A stretch of 64,000 nt of DNA from Deltaproteobacteria bacterium (GTDB taxonomy: Bacteria; Myxococcota; B64-G9), in NCBI GenBank assembly GCA_030622135.1, contig JAUXGL010000001.1, forward strand, positions 601-64,600, in the 5' to 3' direction. The notes under the pieces were generated by a model. That model had not been told where the DNA came from. It searched no databases and was given only the letters and a program-made list of their open reading frames with translations. Positions 18,319-28,088 of this stretch are shown piece by piece. The position numbers and the translations under genes were made by a program. Position 1 is the first letter of the stretch; every line of letters starts with the position of its first letter.

Positions 18319-19533
18319 TCAGTTTTCGATTCCGAAAAAGATAGGGAAGGGGATGGCCAGGGTGTTCTCGTCGACCGCCACCGTTTCGGTGCCGCGGTAG
18401 AGGAGGACGCCCATCCGGAAGCGGTTCTGGAGGGCTTCCCGGCAGGATCGCAGCCCGGCCAGATCTCCGGGCGCGAGTTCCTTTTTCCACAACATGTCGA
18501 TGCCCACCACCCGGTACTCGCGCTCGAGGAGAAAGTCTACCTCGCGTCCGGTGCGGGTGCGAAAGGACCACAGGTAGGTGTGCCAGGGAGCCACCGAGAG
18601 GATCTTGCGGATCTCCATGGCTGCCCAGGTTTTCACCAGCTTGTCGTCCTGGTTCGCCGGAGAGATTAGGCCGGCCAGCCCCGTGTCGGTGAGGTAGACC
18701 TTGGTGGTCCGGGCCAGGCGTTTTGTCGAATTCTTCTGGTAGGGCTCGAGCATGAACGCGTGGTGGGTCCGGGTCAGGATATCGAGGTAACGCCGCAGCG
18801 AGGTGTTGGCCAGACTCACTTCCCGGCCAAGCTCCAGGGCGTTGAGAACACAACCGGTGTGCCGGCCCAGGGCCGCCAGCAGGCGGTTGAACCCGGGTGG
18901 ATTGTCGAGGTTCGCGACCTGGGGCACTATCCGTTCTAAAAGATCTTGCCGGTAGGCTTCGAACCATGCGCGGCGCCTGGAGGGGGTTTTCAAGGCAGAC
19001 AACTCCGGCAACCCGCCCGCCAGGATCTGCCGCCGGATCTCGGAAGACCGGTCCCGGCAGGTGGCTGGAATCCGCGAAAGAACGTCCTTGGTCGAGGTGG
19101 CCTCGTAGAGATGTTCGATGACTGAGGAGGAAGGCTTCTCCGCCTGCTCCGCCCACGACAACCCCAGTAACTCAAAAACGGCCACACTTCCGCCCATGTC
19201 CTCCGGTATGTCGGTTAATCCGCCAGTCTCGACCGACGCAGTCAGCAGGGCCGAGCCCGGTCTATTCACCCGCGCTTTTATGGCCGCGACCAGGCCGGGG
19301 GCTCGCTGCGCCTCCAATATGGTAACCGCCTGGCCGGCGTTGACGAGGAAGCGGTGCGGGTTTGAAAGGGCCTCATCCAGCGTCGCCCGGTGATCGAGCG
19401 ACAAAGTTTTCCGCTTCCGGTCGAGGGAGCCGGCCAGCTGGGTCTTGCCGGCGCCTCGTGCGCCCAGCAGAAAAACAAGGGGAAAACGAGAAAGAGCGTC
19501 CTTGAGGATCGGCCGCAGATGTCTGGAAATCAT
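18319..19533 (-). CDS. AAA-domain ATPase with DUF4143-like C-terminal region
   Basis: 404 aa; Walker A GARGAGKTQ near N-terminus; overall AAA_14 + DUF4143-like layout judged from memory. Confidence 0.65.
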   Translation of the reverse strand: MISRHLRPILKDALSRFPLVFLLGARGAGKTQLAGSLDRKRKTLSLDHRATLDEALSNPHRFLVNAGQAVTILEAQRAPGLVAAIKARVNRPGSALLTASVETGGLTDIPEDMGGSVAVFELLGLSWAEQAEKPSSSVIEHLYEATSTKDVLSRIPATCRDRSSEIRRQILAGGLPELSALKTPSRRRAWFEAYRQDLLERIVPQVANLDNPPGFNRLLAALGRHTGCVLNALELGREVSLANTSLRRYLDILTRTHHAFMLEPYQKNSTKRLARTTKVYLTDTGLAGLISPANQDDKLVKTWAAMEIRKILSVAPWHTYLWSFRTRTGREVDFLLEREYRVVGIDMLWKKELAPGDLAGLRSCREALQNRFRMGVLLYRGTETVAVDENTLAIPFPIFFGIEN

Positions 19534-19547
19534 GGTGTATATTTGAC

Positions 19548-19571
19548 TATCAAGCGGTCAAATTGTCAAAA
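19548..19571. promoter_or_regulatory. Operator-like motif TTGAC-N9-GTCAAATTGT (copy 1)
   Basis: TTGACtatcaagcgGTCAAATTGT read directly; second near-identical unit at 19711-19734. Confidence 0.4.
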
Positions 19572-19710
19572 TGAAAATCGGGTCCGCCGGAATCGCTCTT
19601 CTGTACTGCTGACCCCGAAAATCTTCGCGGCCCGCAAAGATTTTCTGAGTACTGCGCGGGTCATTAGGTTGCGGCGGAGCCGCGCTGTGTAATTTCTTCA
19701 AGGTAGATGC

Positions 19711-19734
19711 TTGACCGCGTGATGGTCAAATTGT
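19711..19734. promoter_or_regulatory. Operator-like motif TTGAC-N9-GTCAAATTGT (copy 2), ~110 bp upstream of thiolase operon
   Basis: TTGACcgcgtgatgGTCAAATTGT; same inverted-repeat arms and 3' extension as copy 1. Confidence 0.4.
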
Positions 19735-19842
19735 TATGAGATTCCTTTCTGCGCGGTTTCGCTTGACACCCCACGGGGCCATAGTCTATTTCTCGAACGC
19801 TTATCCTTATTTTTTCCTGCCTTTTTGAAAAGGAGATGGGAG

Positions 19843-21051
19843 ATGCAGTTCCAAGACGCCTTTATTCCCTACGGTTGTTACTGGTCCACGCCGTTTTCCA
19901 AGTGGCAGATGAGTTTCCAGACTCTCCAGCCGATTCCGTTTGCCGCCGAGATTGCCAAGCGCGCGCTCGAGGAGCGCAGCGTTCCGCTGGATGTCTTCGA
20001 CGGCGCGTGCCTGGGCCTGACCATCCCCTCCCATAGCTGTTTCTACGGGGGGCCCTGGCTGACCGGCCTGATCGGTCTGAAGGACGTTCCCGCGCCCATG
20101 TTGTCGCAGGCTTGTGCCACCGGCGTGCGTTGCATCGCCTACGCGGCCCAGGAAGTGACGAGCAAGAGCGCGGGCGTCTTTTTGGCGGTCACCGCCGACA
20201 AGTGCTCGAACGGACCCCACTTGGTCTACCCAAACCCGGAGGGCCAGGGCGGGACCCTGGACGCGGAGGACTGGGTGCTGGACAACTTCGGATTCGATCC
20301 CATCGGGCGCAAGGCCATGATCCAGACCGCCGAGAACGTGGCCAAGGAGCACGGCATCGAGCGCTCCATCCAGGACGAGGTGGCCCTGATGCGCTACGAG
20401 CAGTACAAAAACGCGCTCAAGGACGACCGGGCTTTCCAGAAGCGCTACATGATCCAGCCGATCGAGGTGAAGGACCAGCGGGGCCGCAAGGTCCTGGCCA
20501 CGCTGAGCACCGACGAGGGGATCTTCCCCACCACCACCGCGGGCTTGGCCAAGCTGAGGCCGGTGGTGGAAGGCGGCACGGTCACTTTCGGGACGCAGAC
20601 CTTCCCGGCCGACGGCAACGCCGGCCTGGTGGTCGCAACCCGGGAGAAGGCCAAGCAGCTCTCGAGGGATCCCAAGGTGGAGATCCAGGTGGTGGCCCAC
20701 GCCCAGGCCCGGGTGAAGCCGGCCTTCATGCCCATGGCCAACGGACCGGCGGTGAAACTGGTGCTGGAGCGCGCCGGTATCGGCGTCGGGGACATCAAGG
20801 CCATGACCTCCCACACCCCCTTTGCCGTCAACGACATCTTTTTATCCAAGGAGTACGGCATCGACCTCAAAGACATGAACCGTTACGGTTGCTCGCTGAT
20901 CTGGGGTCATCCGCAGGGCCCCACCGGCATGCGCGGGATCATCGAGCTGATCGAGGAGCTTACCATCCTGGGCGGCGGCTGGGGCCTGTTTACCGGCTGC
21001 GCCGCCGGGGATAGCTCCGCCGCCATGGTCATAAAGGTTGACGTGAGCTAG
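19843..21051 (+). CDS. Thiolase-family acetyl-CoA C-acyltransferase
   Basis: Preferred ATG 19843 (AAGGAG RBS 7 nt upstream; ORF track used an in-frame upstream TTG). Thiolase N and C domains; glycine-rich C-terminal motif GHPQGPTGMRG. Confidence 0.8.
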   Translation: MQFQDAFIPYGCYWSTPFSKWQMSFQTLQPIPFAAEIAKRALEERSVPLDVFDGACLGLTIPSHSCFYGGPWLTGLIGLKDVPAPMLSQACATGVRCIAYAAQEVTSKSAGVFLAVTADKCSNGPHLVYPNPEGQGGTLDAEDWVLDNFGFDPIGRKAMIQTAENVAKEHGIERSIQDEVALMRYEQYKNALKDDRAFQKRYMIQPIEVKDQRGRKVLATLSTDEGIFPTTTAGLAKLRPVVEGGTVTFGTQTFPADGNAGLVVATREKAKQLSRDPKVEIQVVAHAQARVKPAFMPMANGPAVKLVLERAGIGVGDIKAMTSHTPFAVNDIFLSKEYGIDLKDMNRYGCSLIWGHPQGPTGMRGIIELIEELTILGGGWGLFTGCAAGDSSAAMVIKVDVS

Positions 21052-21114
21052 TGCCCGTCTTAAAACTCCACTTTTCGAGGACGGCGTCGCGCCACACTTC
21101 TTAGGGAGCCCGAC

Positions 21115-21864
21115 ATGGATATCGGATTGAAAAATAAGGTGGTCTTGGTAACCGGCGGGAGCCGGGGGATTGGCGCCTCCATCTCACTGGAACTGGGTCG
21201 GCTGGGTGCCGACGTGGCCATGACCTGCCGCAGTCGGGTGGACGACGCCAACAAGGTCGCGGACAAGATCAAGGAAATGGGCAGCCGCGCCATGGTGATC
21301 CAGACGGACGCGTCCGTGTTCGTCGAGGCCGAGAAGACCGTAGACAGCGTATTGGCTGAGTTCGGGGATCTGCATGCCCTGGTGTGCAATGCCGGGGTCA
21401 CCTGGGACGGGGTGATCTGGAAGATGTCCGAGAAGCAGTGGGACACGGTGATCGACACGAACTTGAAGGGCTACTTCACTTACAACCGGGCGGCGGCCAA
21501 GATCTTCAAGGAGAAGAAGTACGGCAAGATCGTCAATCTCTCCTCCATAAACGGCCTGCGCGGCAAGTTCGCCCAGACCAACTACTCGGCTTCCAAGGGT
21601 GGGATCATCGCCATGAGCAAGGCCCTGGCCAAGGAGCTGGGCCGGTTCAACGTCAACGTAAACGTGGTGGCTCCCGGAATGGTCAAGACCGAGATGGCCG
21701 CGAACATACCGCCGGAGTTTTTAAACATCGCGGTGAATGAGACGGTGCTGGGAAGAATCGCCGAGTCGGCGGAGGTTGCCTGGGTGGTGGCTTTTCTTTG
21801 TTCGGATATGTCTCGGCACGTCACCGGCGAGGTCGTCAAAGTCGACGGCGGCCAGTACATCTGA
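21115..21864 (+). CDS. SDR-family oxidoreductase (FabG-like 3-oxoacyl/3-hydroxyacyl reductase)
   Basis: TGGSRGIG Rossmann motif, NAG, YSASKGG catalytic Tyr-x3-Lys. Confidence 0.85.
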   Translation: MDIGLKNKVVLVTGGSRGIGASISLELGRLGADVAMTCRSRVDDANKVADKIKEMGSRAMVIQTDASVFVEAEKTVDSVLAEFGDLHALVCNAGVTWDGVIWKMSEKQWDTVIDTNLKGYFTYNRAAAKIFKEKKYGKIVNLSSINGLRGKFAQTNYSASKGGIIAMSKALAKELGRFNVNVNVVAPGMVKTEMAANIPPEFLNIAVNETVLGRIAESAEVAWVVAFLCSDMSRHVTGEVVKVDGGQYI

Positions 21865-21878
21865 GAAGGGGACGCAAG

Positions 21879-23036
21879 ATGTCACGAATCGGAATCATTG
21901 GAATCGGGCATGGGAAGTTCGGGAGGCGCAGCGATGCCTCGGTGCAGGAGTTGGCCTTCGAGTCGTTTGCCGAGGCGCTTTCTGATGCGAAGATAGAGCG
22001 TAAGGACATCGATGCCACGGTGATCGGGGCGGTGCCGGAGTATCACAAGCAGCGGTCGCTGGCGGGGGCCATCCAGGAGTACCTGGAGATGACCCCCAAG
22101 CCCACCTGGCTGACCGAGGTGGCCTGTGCCTCGGGGTCGGCGGCCATCCGCACCGCTTGGATGGGGATCAAGTCGGGCCTGCACAAGGTGGTGTCGGTGA
22201 TAGGCTGCCAGAAGATGACCGAGCTGCAAACCCCGGAGATCCTGGCGCTCATGGGCCGGGTGGGTGAGGTGCAGTGGGAGTCGATTTTCGGTACCACCTT
22301 CCCGGGCTACTACGCCATGTTCGCCAACCGGCACATGCACGAGTTCGGCACCACCAAGGAGATGCTGGCCGCGGTGGCGGTGAAAAATCACTTCTACGGG
22401 GCCATGAACAAAAAGGCCATGTTCCAGAAGGAAGTGACCCTGGAAAAGTGCCTGGCCTCCGATCCGGTGGCCTCGCCCTTCGGGATCTTCGACTGCTGCG
22501 CCAACGCCGACGGGGCCGCCGCGGTCATCCTGGCCGAGGAGGAACGGGCCCGAGCCATTGCCGGGGACCGGGTCGTTTGGCTGGATGGGTTGGGCTGTGC
22601 CACCACCACCATGTCGGTTCTGCGCCGCCCCAGCCTTACGGGGATTTCCTCGGCCACCGAGGCGTCGAAGCAGGCCTACGAGATGGCCGGGGTGGGGCCC
22701 GCTGACATCAAGGTGGCCGACGTGCACGACTGCTTCACCATCGCCGAGATCATGGCCTACGAAGACCTGGGTTTTTGCAAGAAGGGACAGGGCGGCCACT
22801 TCATCGCCGAAAAGCAGTCCTACCTCGGTGGCCGGACGCCGGTGAACGTGGACGGGGGCCTGAAGTCCAAGGGACATCCCATCGGCACCACCGGCGTTTC
22901 CATGACCGTGGAGGTCGTAAAGCAACTGCGCGGCGACTGCGGGGAGCGTCAGGTCAAGGATGCCGACGTGGCGCTTACCCACAACGTCGGCGGGATCGGG
23001 CAGTACTGTTTCGTTCACATCTACAAAAAGGAGTAG
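21879..23036 (+). CDS. SCP-x/non-condensing thiolase-like protein (DUF35 partner type)
   Basis: Preferred ATG 21879 (MSRIGIIGIGHGKFGRRSD...), 15 nt after SDR stop; thiolase fold with the catalytic Cys region (CASGSAAIR), typical of SCP2-type thiolases paired with DUF35 proteins. Confidence 0.8.
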   Translation: MSRIGIIGIGHGKFGRRSDASVQELAFESFAEALSDAKIERKDIDATVIGAVPEYHKQRSLAGAIQEYLEMTPKPTWLTEVACASGSAAIRTAWMGIKSGLHKVVSVIGCQKMTELQTPEILALMGRVGEVQWESIFGTTFPGYYAMFANRHMHEFGTTKEMLAAVAVKNHFYGAMNKKAMFQKEVTLEKCLASDPVASPFGIFDCCANADGAAAVILAEEERARAIAGDRVVWLDGLGCATTTMSVLRRPSLTGISSATEASKQAYEMAGVGPADIKVADVHDCFTIAEIMAYEDLGFCKKGQGGHFIAEKQSYLGGRTPVNVDGGLKSKGHPIGTTGVSMTVEVVKQLRGDCGERQVKDADVALTHNVGGIGQYCFVHIYKKE

Positions 23037-23040
23037 GGCC

Positions 23041-23505
23041 GTGTTCGAGTGGTTTGGAAAGATCAATTTCACTCCCCATACCCGGGTGACCGAGTTTGCC
23101 GATCACCTCAAGGACGGTTACCTGATGGGCTCGAAGTGCCGGAAATGCGGCTTCGAGACTTATCCCCCGCGGGCCGACTGTCCCAAGTGCCTCAGCCCCG
23201 ACTTCGAGTTTAATGAAATCAGCGGCCAGGGCACCTTGCTAACCCACACGCAGATCACCGCCGCTCCTACCGGGTTCCAGGACATCGGTACCTACCGGGT
23301 AGGGCTTTTGGATCTGAAGGAGGGCGGCCGGCTGCTGGCCTGGATCGGCGAGAGCATCGGGGAGGACGAGGTGAAGATCGGCATGCAGCTCCAGGTGGTT
23401 CCGCGGATCTTCGAGGACACCCCGGACATCAAGGTTTATTACACCCTGGAGAAACCCGGGACGACCTGGAATAAGGCACCCAAGCCCGGCGCTGCAACCC
23501 CGTAG
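23041..23505 (+). CDS. DUF35 OB-fold/Zn-ribbon protein (BbsA/ChsH2-C-like thiolase partner)
   Basis: GTG 23041 with GGAG 7 nt upstream, 4 nt after thiolase stop; Zn ribbon CRKCG...CPKC followed by an OB-fold region. Confidence 0.7.
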   Translation: MFEWFGKINFTPHTRVTEFADHLKDGYLMGSKCRKCGFETYPPRADCPKCLSPDFEFNEISGQGTLLTHTQITAAPTGFQDIGTYRVGLLDLKEGGRLLAWIGESIGEDEVKIGMQLQVVPRIFEDTPDIKVYYTLEKPGTTWNKAPKPGAATP

Positions 23506-23581
23506 GGGCCGCTGAGTAGCACAGTTGGTTGAACCGGTTTTAAATTCCGTGCACCCAAGCAGGGTTAGCTGAGGTGAAGCC

Positions 23582-24340
23582 ATGACCATCGAAATGGAGA
23601 AAAAGAACGACGTCGCCTACATCACCCTGAGTTCCCCGCCGGTGAACATCATGACCGGCGAGACGATGAACGCCATTACCCAGGCGCTCTTGGAGATCGC
23701 CGGGGACCAGTCCCTAAAGGCAGTGGCTTTCAAGGCCGAGGGCAAGGCCTTCTCGGCCGGCGCCGACGTAAAAGAGCACCACCCGGACAAGGCCGCGGGG
23801 ATGATCGGCGCCTTCTCCCGGATGTTCACCGCCCTGGGTAACTGCGAGCTGCCGGTGGTCATGGCCGTTGGGGGCGCCGCCCTGGGCGCCGGCTTCGAGC
23901 TGGTCATGCTGGCGGATGTGCTCATCGCCAGTGACAGCGCCACCTTCGGTCAGCCGGAGATTCGCCTGGCCTTCTTCGCGCCCCTGGGGGTGGCTTACCT
24001 GCCCAAGTTGGTGGGCCCCAACCGGGCCATGGAGATCACCTGCTCGGGCCGGACGTACTCGGCGGAGAAGATGTACGAGTACGGCCTGGTTACCCGGGTG
24101 GTCAAGCCCGAGGAGATCGAGTCGGTCATGGAGGCTTACCTGGACGATATCCGCAAGGCCTCGCCCGCGGTCATACGCCTGAATACGCGGGTGCTGAAGA
24201 AAGTGCGCGATATGCCCTACGAGGAGGCCCACCAGCAGGCCGAAAAGACATTCCTGGAGGAGCTGATGAACCTCGATGATGTTCTCGAAGGGGTCAACTC
24301 TTTTTACGAGAAACGCAAGCCGGACTGGAAAAACAAGTAG
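23582..24340 (+). CDS. Enoyl-CoA hydratase/isomerase (crotonase) family protein
   Basis: 252 aa; crotonase-fold oxyanion-hole motifs (FSAGADV, AVGGAALGAGFELV). Confidence 0.85.
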   Translation: MTIEMEKKNDVAYITLSSPPVNIMTGETMNAITQALLEIAGDQSLKAVAFKAEGKAFSAGADVKEHHPDKAAGMIGAFSRMFTALGNCELPVVMAVGGAALGAGFELVMLADVLIASDSATFGQPEIRLAFFAPLGVAYLPKLVGPNRAMEITCSGRTYSAEKMYEYGLVTRVVKPEEIESVMEAYLDDIRKASPAVIRLNTRVLKKVRDMPYEEAHQQAEKTFLEELMNLDDVLEGVNSFYEKRKPDWKNK

Positions 24341-24349
24341 GGGGCGTCA

Positions 24350-25294
24350 ATGCGAATACTGGTGGTTGGTGCCGGAGCACTCGGGGGGTTGGTGGGCGCG
24401 CAGTTGACCGAAGCGGGGGAGGACGTCCTGCTCCTGGAGATCGATGAGAAGCGCGCGGACTTGCTCAACCGGGAAGGCCTCTACATAACCGAGGAAGGCA
24501 AGGGCGAGCGGAAGATCTCCGTGAGAGTCATCACCACCATGGAGGGAATCGATCCGGTCGATCTGGTCTTCGTCTCGGTGAAGACCTACCAGACCGAGGT
24601 GGCCGTCAAAGGGGTTCTGCCGGTGATTGGGGACGACACCCGGGTGTTGTCCATGCAGAACGGCATCGGCAACACCGACGTGATGGTCGGGATTCTGGGC
24701 AGGGAAAAGGTGCTCTCGGGAATAACCTACCACAGCATCCAGCACACCGGCCCCAACAAGCTGCGCTACCGGGTGGGGATCAAGCCCATCCAGATCGCTT
24801 CGTGTGAGGGCAAGTCCGGCCCCGATGTGGAGAAGATCGGCGAGGTGTTTCGCAAGGCCGGTCTGAAAACCGACGTGGTCCGCAACATCGATCACGTGAT
24901 CTGGCAGAAGCTGTTGCATAACGCCGTGGTCAACCCGGTGTCGGCCCTCACCGGCCAAAACTGCAATCAGCTGCTCGAAGACCAGGATCTCCAGGCGCTC
25001 ATGCGCGAAGTCTGCATGGAGATAATCGCGGTCATGCGGGCCCGTGGCGTGCCCATCATCAATAAAGATGACCCCTACGCGCCGGTGATCGACTCGCAAA
25101 AGGCCCTGGGAGAGAACCGGCCCTCCATGTGGCAGGATCTGGACCGGGGGCTGAAGACCGAAGTGGACGCCCTAAACGGCGCCATCGTGGCGGAGGCCGA
25201 GCGCCACGGGCTCAAGGCCCCGCTGAACTGGATGCTGGTTCGCCTGGTGCACTCGGCCGAGCGCCGGAACCAGAACAAGGAGAGTGGAGAATGA
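24350..25294 (+). CDS. Ketopantoate-reductase (PanE/ApbA) family NAD(P)-dependent oxidoreductase
   Basis: N-terminal MRILVVGAGALGG Rossmann; ApbA N and C domains. Confidence 0.75.
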   Translation: MRILVVGAGALGGLVGAQLTEAGEDVLLLEIDEKRADLLNREGLYITEEGKGERKISVRVITTMEGIDPVDLVFVSVKTYQTEVAVKGVLPVIGDDTRVLSMQNGIGNTDVMVGILGREKVLSGITYHSIQHTGPNKLRYRVGIKPIQIASCEGKSGPDVEKIGEVFRKAGLKTDVVRNIDHVIWQKLLHNAVVNPVSALTGQNCNQLLEDQDLQALMREVCMEIIAVMRARGVPIINKDDPYAPVIDSQKALGENRPSMWQDLDRGLKTEVDALNGAIVAEAERHGLKAPLNWMLVRLVHSAERRNQNKESGE

Positions 25295-26352
25295 CGACGA
25301 TAACCGGTTGGATGATGAAGGAGCCCCAAAAGCCGTTCGAAAAGGAATCCTTCGAGGCCCCCGTTCTAAAGGAGGGCGAGGTTTTGGTGGAGGTGGCCGG
25401 CTGCGGGGTCTGCCACACCGATATCTCGTTTTCTTACCTGGGCGTCAAGACCCGCAAGGAGCCGCCGCTGGTCCTGGGTCACGAGATCTCCGGCAAGGTT
25501 GTGGAGATCGCGGGCGGCGCGGACGCGTCCTTGCAGGGCAAGAACGTCCTGGTTCCCGCGGTGCTGCCCTGCGGCGTCTGCTCCATGTGCAGAAACGACC
25601 GCCGGCGGATCTGCACGGCGCAGATCATGCCCGGCAACGATTGCCACGGTGGCTTCGCCACCCACGTGGTTGTCCCGGCCAAGTTTATCTGCCCGATTCC
25701 CGACGAGGTTCTCAAGAGCCACGAGCTCTGGGAGCTGTCCATCGTCTCCGATGCCGTGACCACTCCCTTCCAGGCGGTCAAGTGCTCCCGGTTGAACGCG
25801 GGCGATCTGGCCATTTGCATCGGCGTGGGCGGGATCGGCGTCCACGGCGTCCAGGTAGCCAAGGGCGCCGGCGCCAAGGTCATTGCCCTGGACGTCGACG
25901 ACCAAAAGCTGGAGGTGGCCCGGCAGGCCGGAGCGGATGAAGTCATCAACATAAAGGGGCTGTCCGGCAAGGAGATCAAGGGCAAGGTGAAGGCGGTCGG
26001 AAAGAGCCTGGGCGCGCCCAAGGCGTTGTGGAAGATCTTCGAGACCTCCGGCACCCGGTCGGGGCAGCAGACCGCCTTCGGCCTGATGGGCTTTGGCGCC
26101 ACCCTGGCCATCGTCGGGTTCACCATGGACAAGGTGGAGGTTCGGCTCTCCAACCTGATGGCCTTCGACGCCGAGATGTTCGGCATCTGGGGCTGCGACC
26201 CGGTACTCTACCCCGAGTGCCTCGACTGGCTGGCCAAGGGCAAGATCCAGGTCAAGCCCTACGTGGAGAAGCACTCCCTCGACGAGATCAACGAAGTCTT
26301 CGAAGCCGCCCACCACGGTAAGCTGCAAAGACGCGCCGTGCTGGTCCCGTAG
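25291..26352 (+). CDS. Zn-dependent alcohol dehydrogenase (MDR family)
   Basis: Preferred ATG 25291 overlapping upstream stop (ATGA); GHEISG, catalytic Zn Cys (CGVCHTD), structural Zn CxxCxxC, GVGGIG NAD motif. Confidence 0.85.
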   Translation: MTTITGWMMKEPQKPFEKESFEAPVLKEGEVLVEVAGCGVCHTDISFSYLGVKTRKEPPLVLGHEISGKVVEIAGGADASLQGKNVLVPAVLPCGVCSMCRNDRRRICTAQIMPGNDCHGGFATHVVVPAKFICPIPDEVLKSHELWELSIVSDAVTTPFQAVKCSRLNAGDLAICIGVGGIGVHGVQVAKGAGAKVIALDVDDQKLEVARQAGADEVINIKGLSGKEIKGKVKAVGKSLGAPKALWKIFETSGTRSGQQTAFGLMGFGATLAIVGFTMDKVEVRLSNLMAFDAEMFGIWGCDPVLYPECLDWLAKGKIQVKPYVEKHSLDEINEVFEAAHHGKLQRRAVLVP

Positions 26353-26528
26353 GCGTCTGCGGCCATGCCAGGTTTCTTTTTCGAGCGGCAGTGGTTCTGA
26401 CCCATCCCCTCCAATCAAGCCTTTAAAATAATGAGACAAGCCCGGGCCCGACCGGGTCCTCCATGCGGGCACTTCACACGGCTCCGGCCGTGCAAGTACT
26501 CGTTGTTGAGAGGAAAGGAGGGACTTCA

Positions 26529-27980
26529 ATGGCCCAGAGACTTGTCCCGTTCGCGCTCTTGTTGGTTGCCCTGACCCCCGCCTGCCAGGACTACGTCTAC
26601 GAAGAGCTCCGCGGCACGGTGATCCGGGAGGTGCGGACGTTCGAAGATGTCGATGTCGCCGCGGAGGCGGACATTCTCTTCGTGATAGACAACTCCGGTT
26701 CCATGGCGGGTGAGCAGCGTCAACTTGCCGAGTCGTTTAAAATATTAACCGATGGTTTGGAGAAGAAGTTTGGAGACAAGTATCACATTGCCATCGTCAC
26801 AACCGGCATGGAGTCGGATTACTGCCCCACGGGCGAAAACGGTCGTTTCCAGGATCGAATCTGCAGGAACGTGGGGACGGACACGCTTCCCGAATACGTT
26901 TGCGAAACCCCGGAGCCGGGTGTCGATTGCCGCGTGGTGGATAGCAGCAACAGGTCGGTGTGTCTATACAACTCCGGCGAACAGAAAGGAACCTTGTTTG
27001 TGGGGGTTACGGGATGTGGTTTCGAGAGAGGGTTTGCTCCACTCCATGATGCACTTGTGAAACTTCGAGACTCGTACAATAAGGATTTCCTGCGAAAAGA
27101 CGCAACTCTGGTCGTGGTCGTCATCTCGGACGAGGACGACTGCGGTGGTGTGGGCGACGTGTACGAGTTTTCCAATGACGGCGGAAACGTCTGCTACTTT
27201 GCCGCCAAGGGTGTTGGACCCGAAGGGGAGACCTTCTACGTTGACCAGGGTGGTCGGCAGTGGCCTTACGAGCTCACTTCGGTGCAGCACTACTACGATT
27301 TCCTCATCGATGATGTGAAGGGCGGCAATAATGGAAAGGTCAAGTTCGCCGCCATTGTCGGTGTCAAAGACATAAACGATCCGTCGACAACCACCATCGA
27401 ATACCAGCAATACCAAGTGGGGGATCGATACCGCTGGGAAGTCGTGGACGCCTGTACCACGCCGAACTGCACGGGGGAACATTGCTCTGCCAAGCCCGGC
27501 ACCCGGTACATCGAGATGGCTAAGAAGTTCGGCAAGAACGGTTTTCTCGACACCATCTGTCAGGATGACTTTTCACACACCTTGGAGGAACTGGTCAAGT
27601 TCATTCCTTGCACTCGTGCGTTCAAACTGAAAGAGCCCCCTCTCGACCCCGCGCTGGCGGCCATTCTGATCGACGGCGAGGAGGTTCCACCTTATACGTG
27701 TTCGATCGAGGGACGCTTGGAGGTTTGCGAGGGAGAGGGATCTGCTTGTCCGCAGGGCAGCGAGTGTGTGCAGACCTGGGTGTACTGCGACCCGGACGAT
27801 CCCGATCCGCATCCCGAGTGTTTGTGCGATGCCAACGACGACCGGCCCTACCCGGAATGCGCTCCCCTCAATTTCACCGGCGCCACGGGCGGCATCATCG
27901 TATTTGCGGATCACTACGATCCCTGCAAGCTCATCGACGAGGGTGTGATCCACATCGAGTTTATTTACGTGATTCCGTAG
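26529..27980 (+). CDS. Secreted (lipo)protein with von Willebrand factor A (MIDAS DxSGS) domain
   Basis: Preferred ATG 26529 (GGAGG RBS); signal MAQRLVPFALLLVALTPAC; LFVIDNSGSMAGEQ MIDAS motif; Cys-rich C-terminal part. Confidence 0.7.
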   Translation: MAQRLVPFALLLVALTPACQDYVYEELRGTVIREVRTFEDVDVAAEADILFVIDNSGSMAGEQRQLAESFKILTDGLEKKFGDKYHIAIVTTGMESDYCPTGENGRFQDRICRNVGTDTLPEYVCETPEPGVDCRVVDSSNRSVCLYNSGEQKGTLFVGVTGCGFERGFAPLHDALVKLRDSYNKDFLRKDATLVVVVISDEDDCGGVGDVYEFSNDGGNVCYFAAKGVGPEGETFYVDQGGRQWPYELTSVQHYYDFLIDDVKGGNNGKVKFAAIVGVKDINDPSTTTIEYQQYQVGDRYRWEVVDACTTPNCTGEHCSAKPGTRYIEMAKKFGKNGFLDTICQDDFSHTLEELVKFIPCTRAFKLKEPPLDPALAAILIDGEEVPPYTCSIEGRLEVCEGEGSACPQGSECVQTWVYCDPDDPDPHPECLCDANDDRPYPECAPLNFTGATGGIIVFADHYDPCKLIDEGVIHIEFIYVIP

Positions 27981-28088
27981 AGAGGCTTTCCTTGCTTCCC
28001 GCGCGTTGTGCTAAATGGCGCCGCTCCGGTCAGTACCGAGTCCGAGGACCTTTCGTAGTTGCCCGAGAATGGCCTGCAGGTCCTTAGA

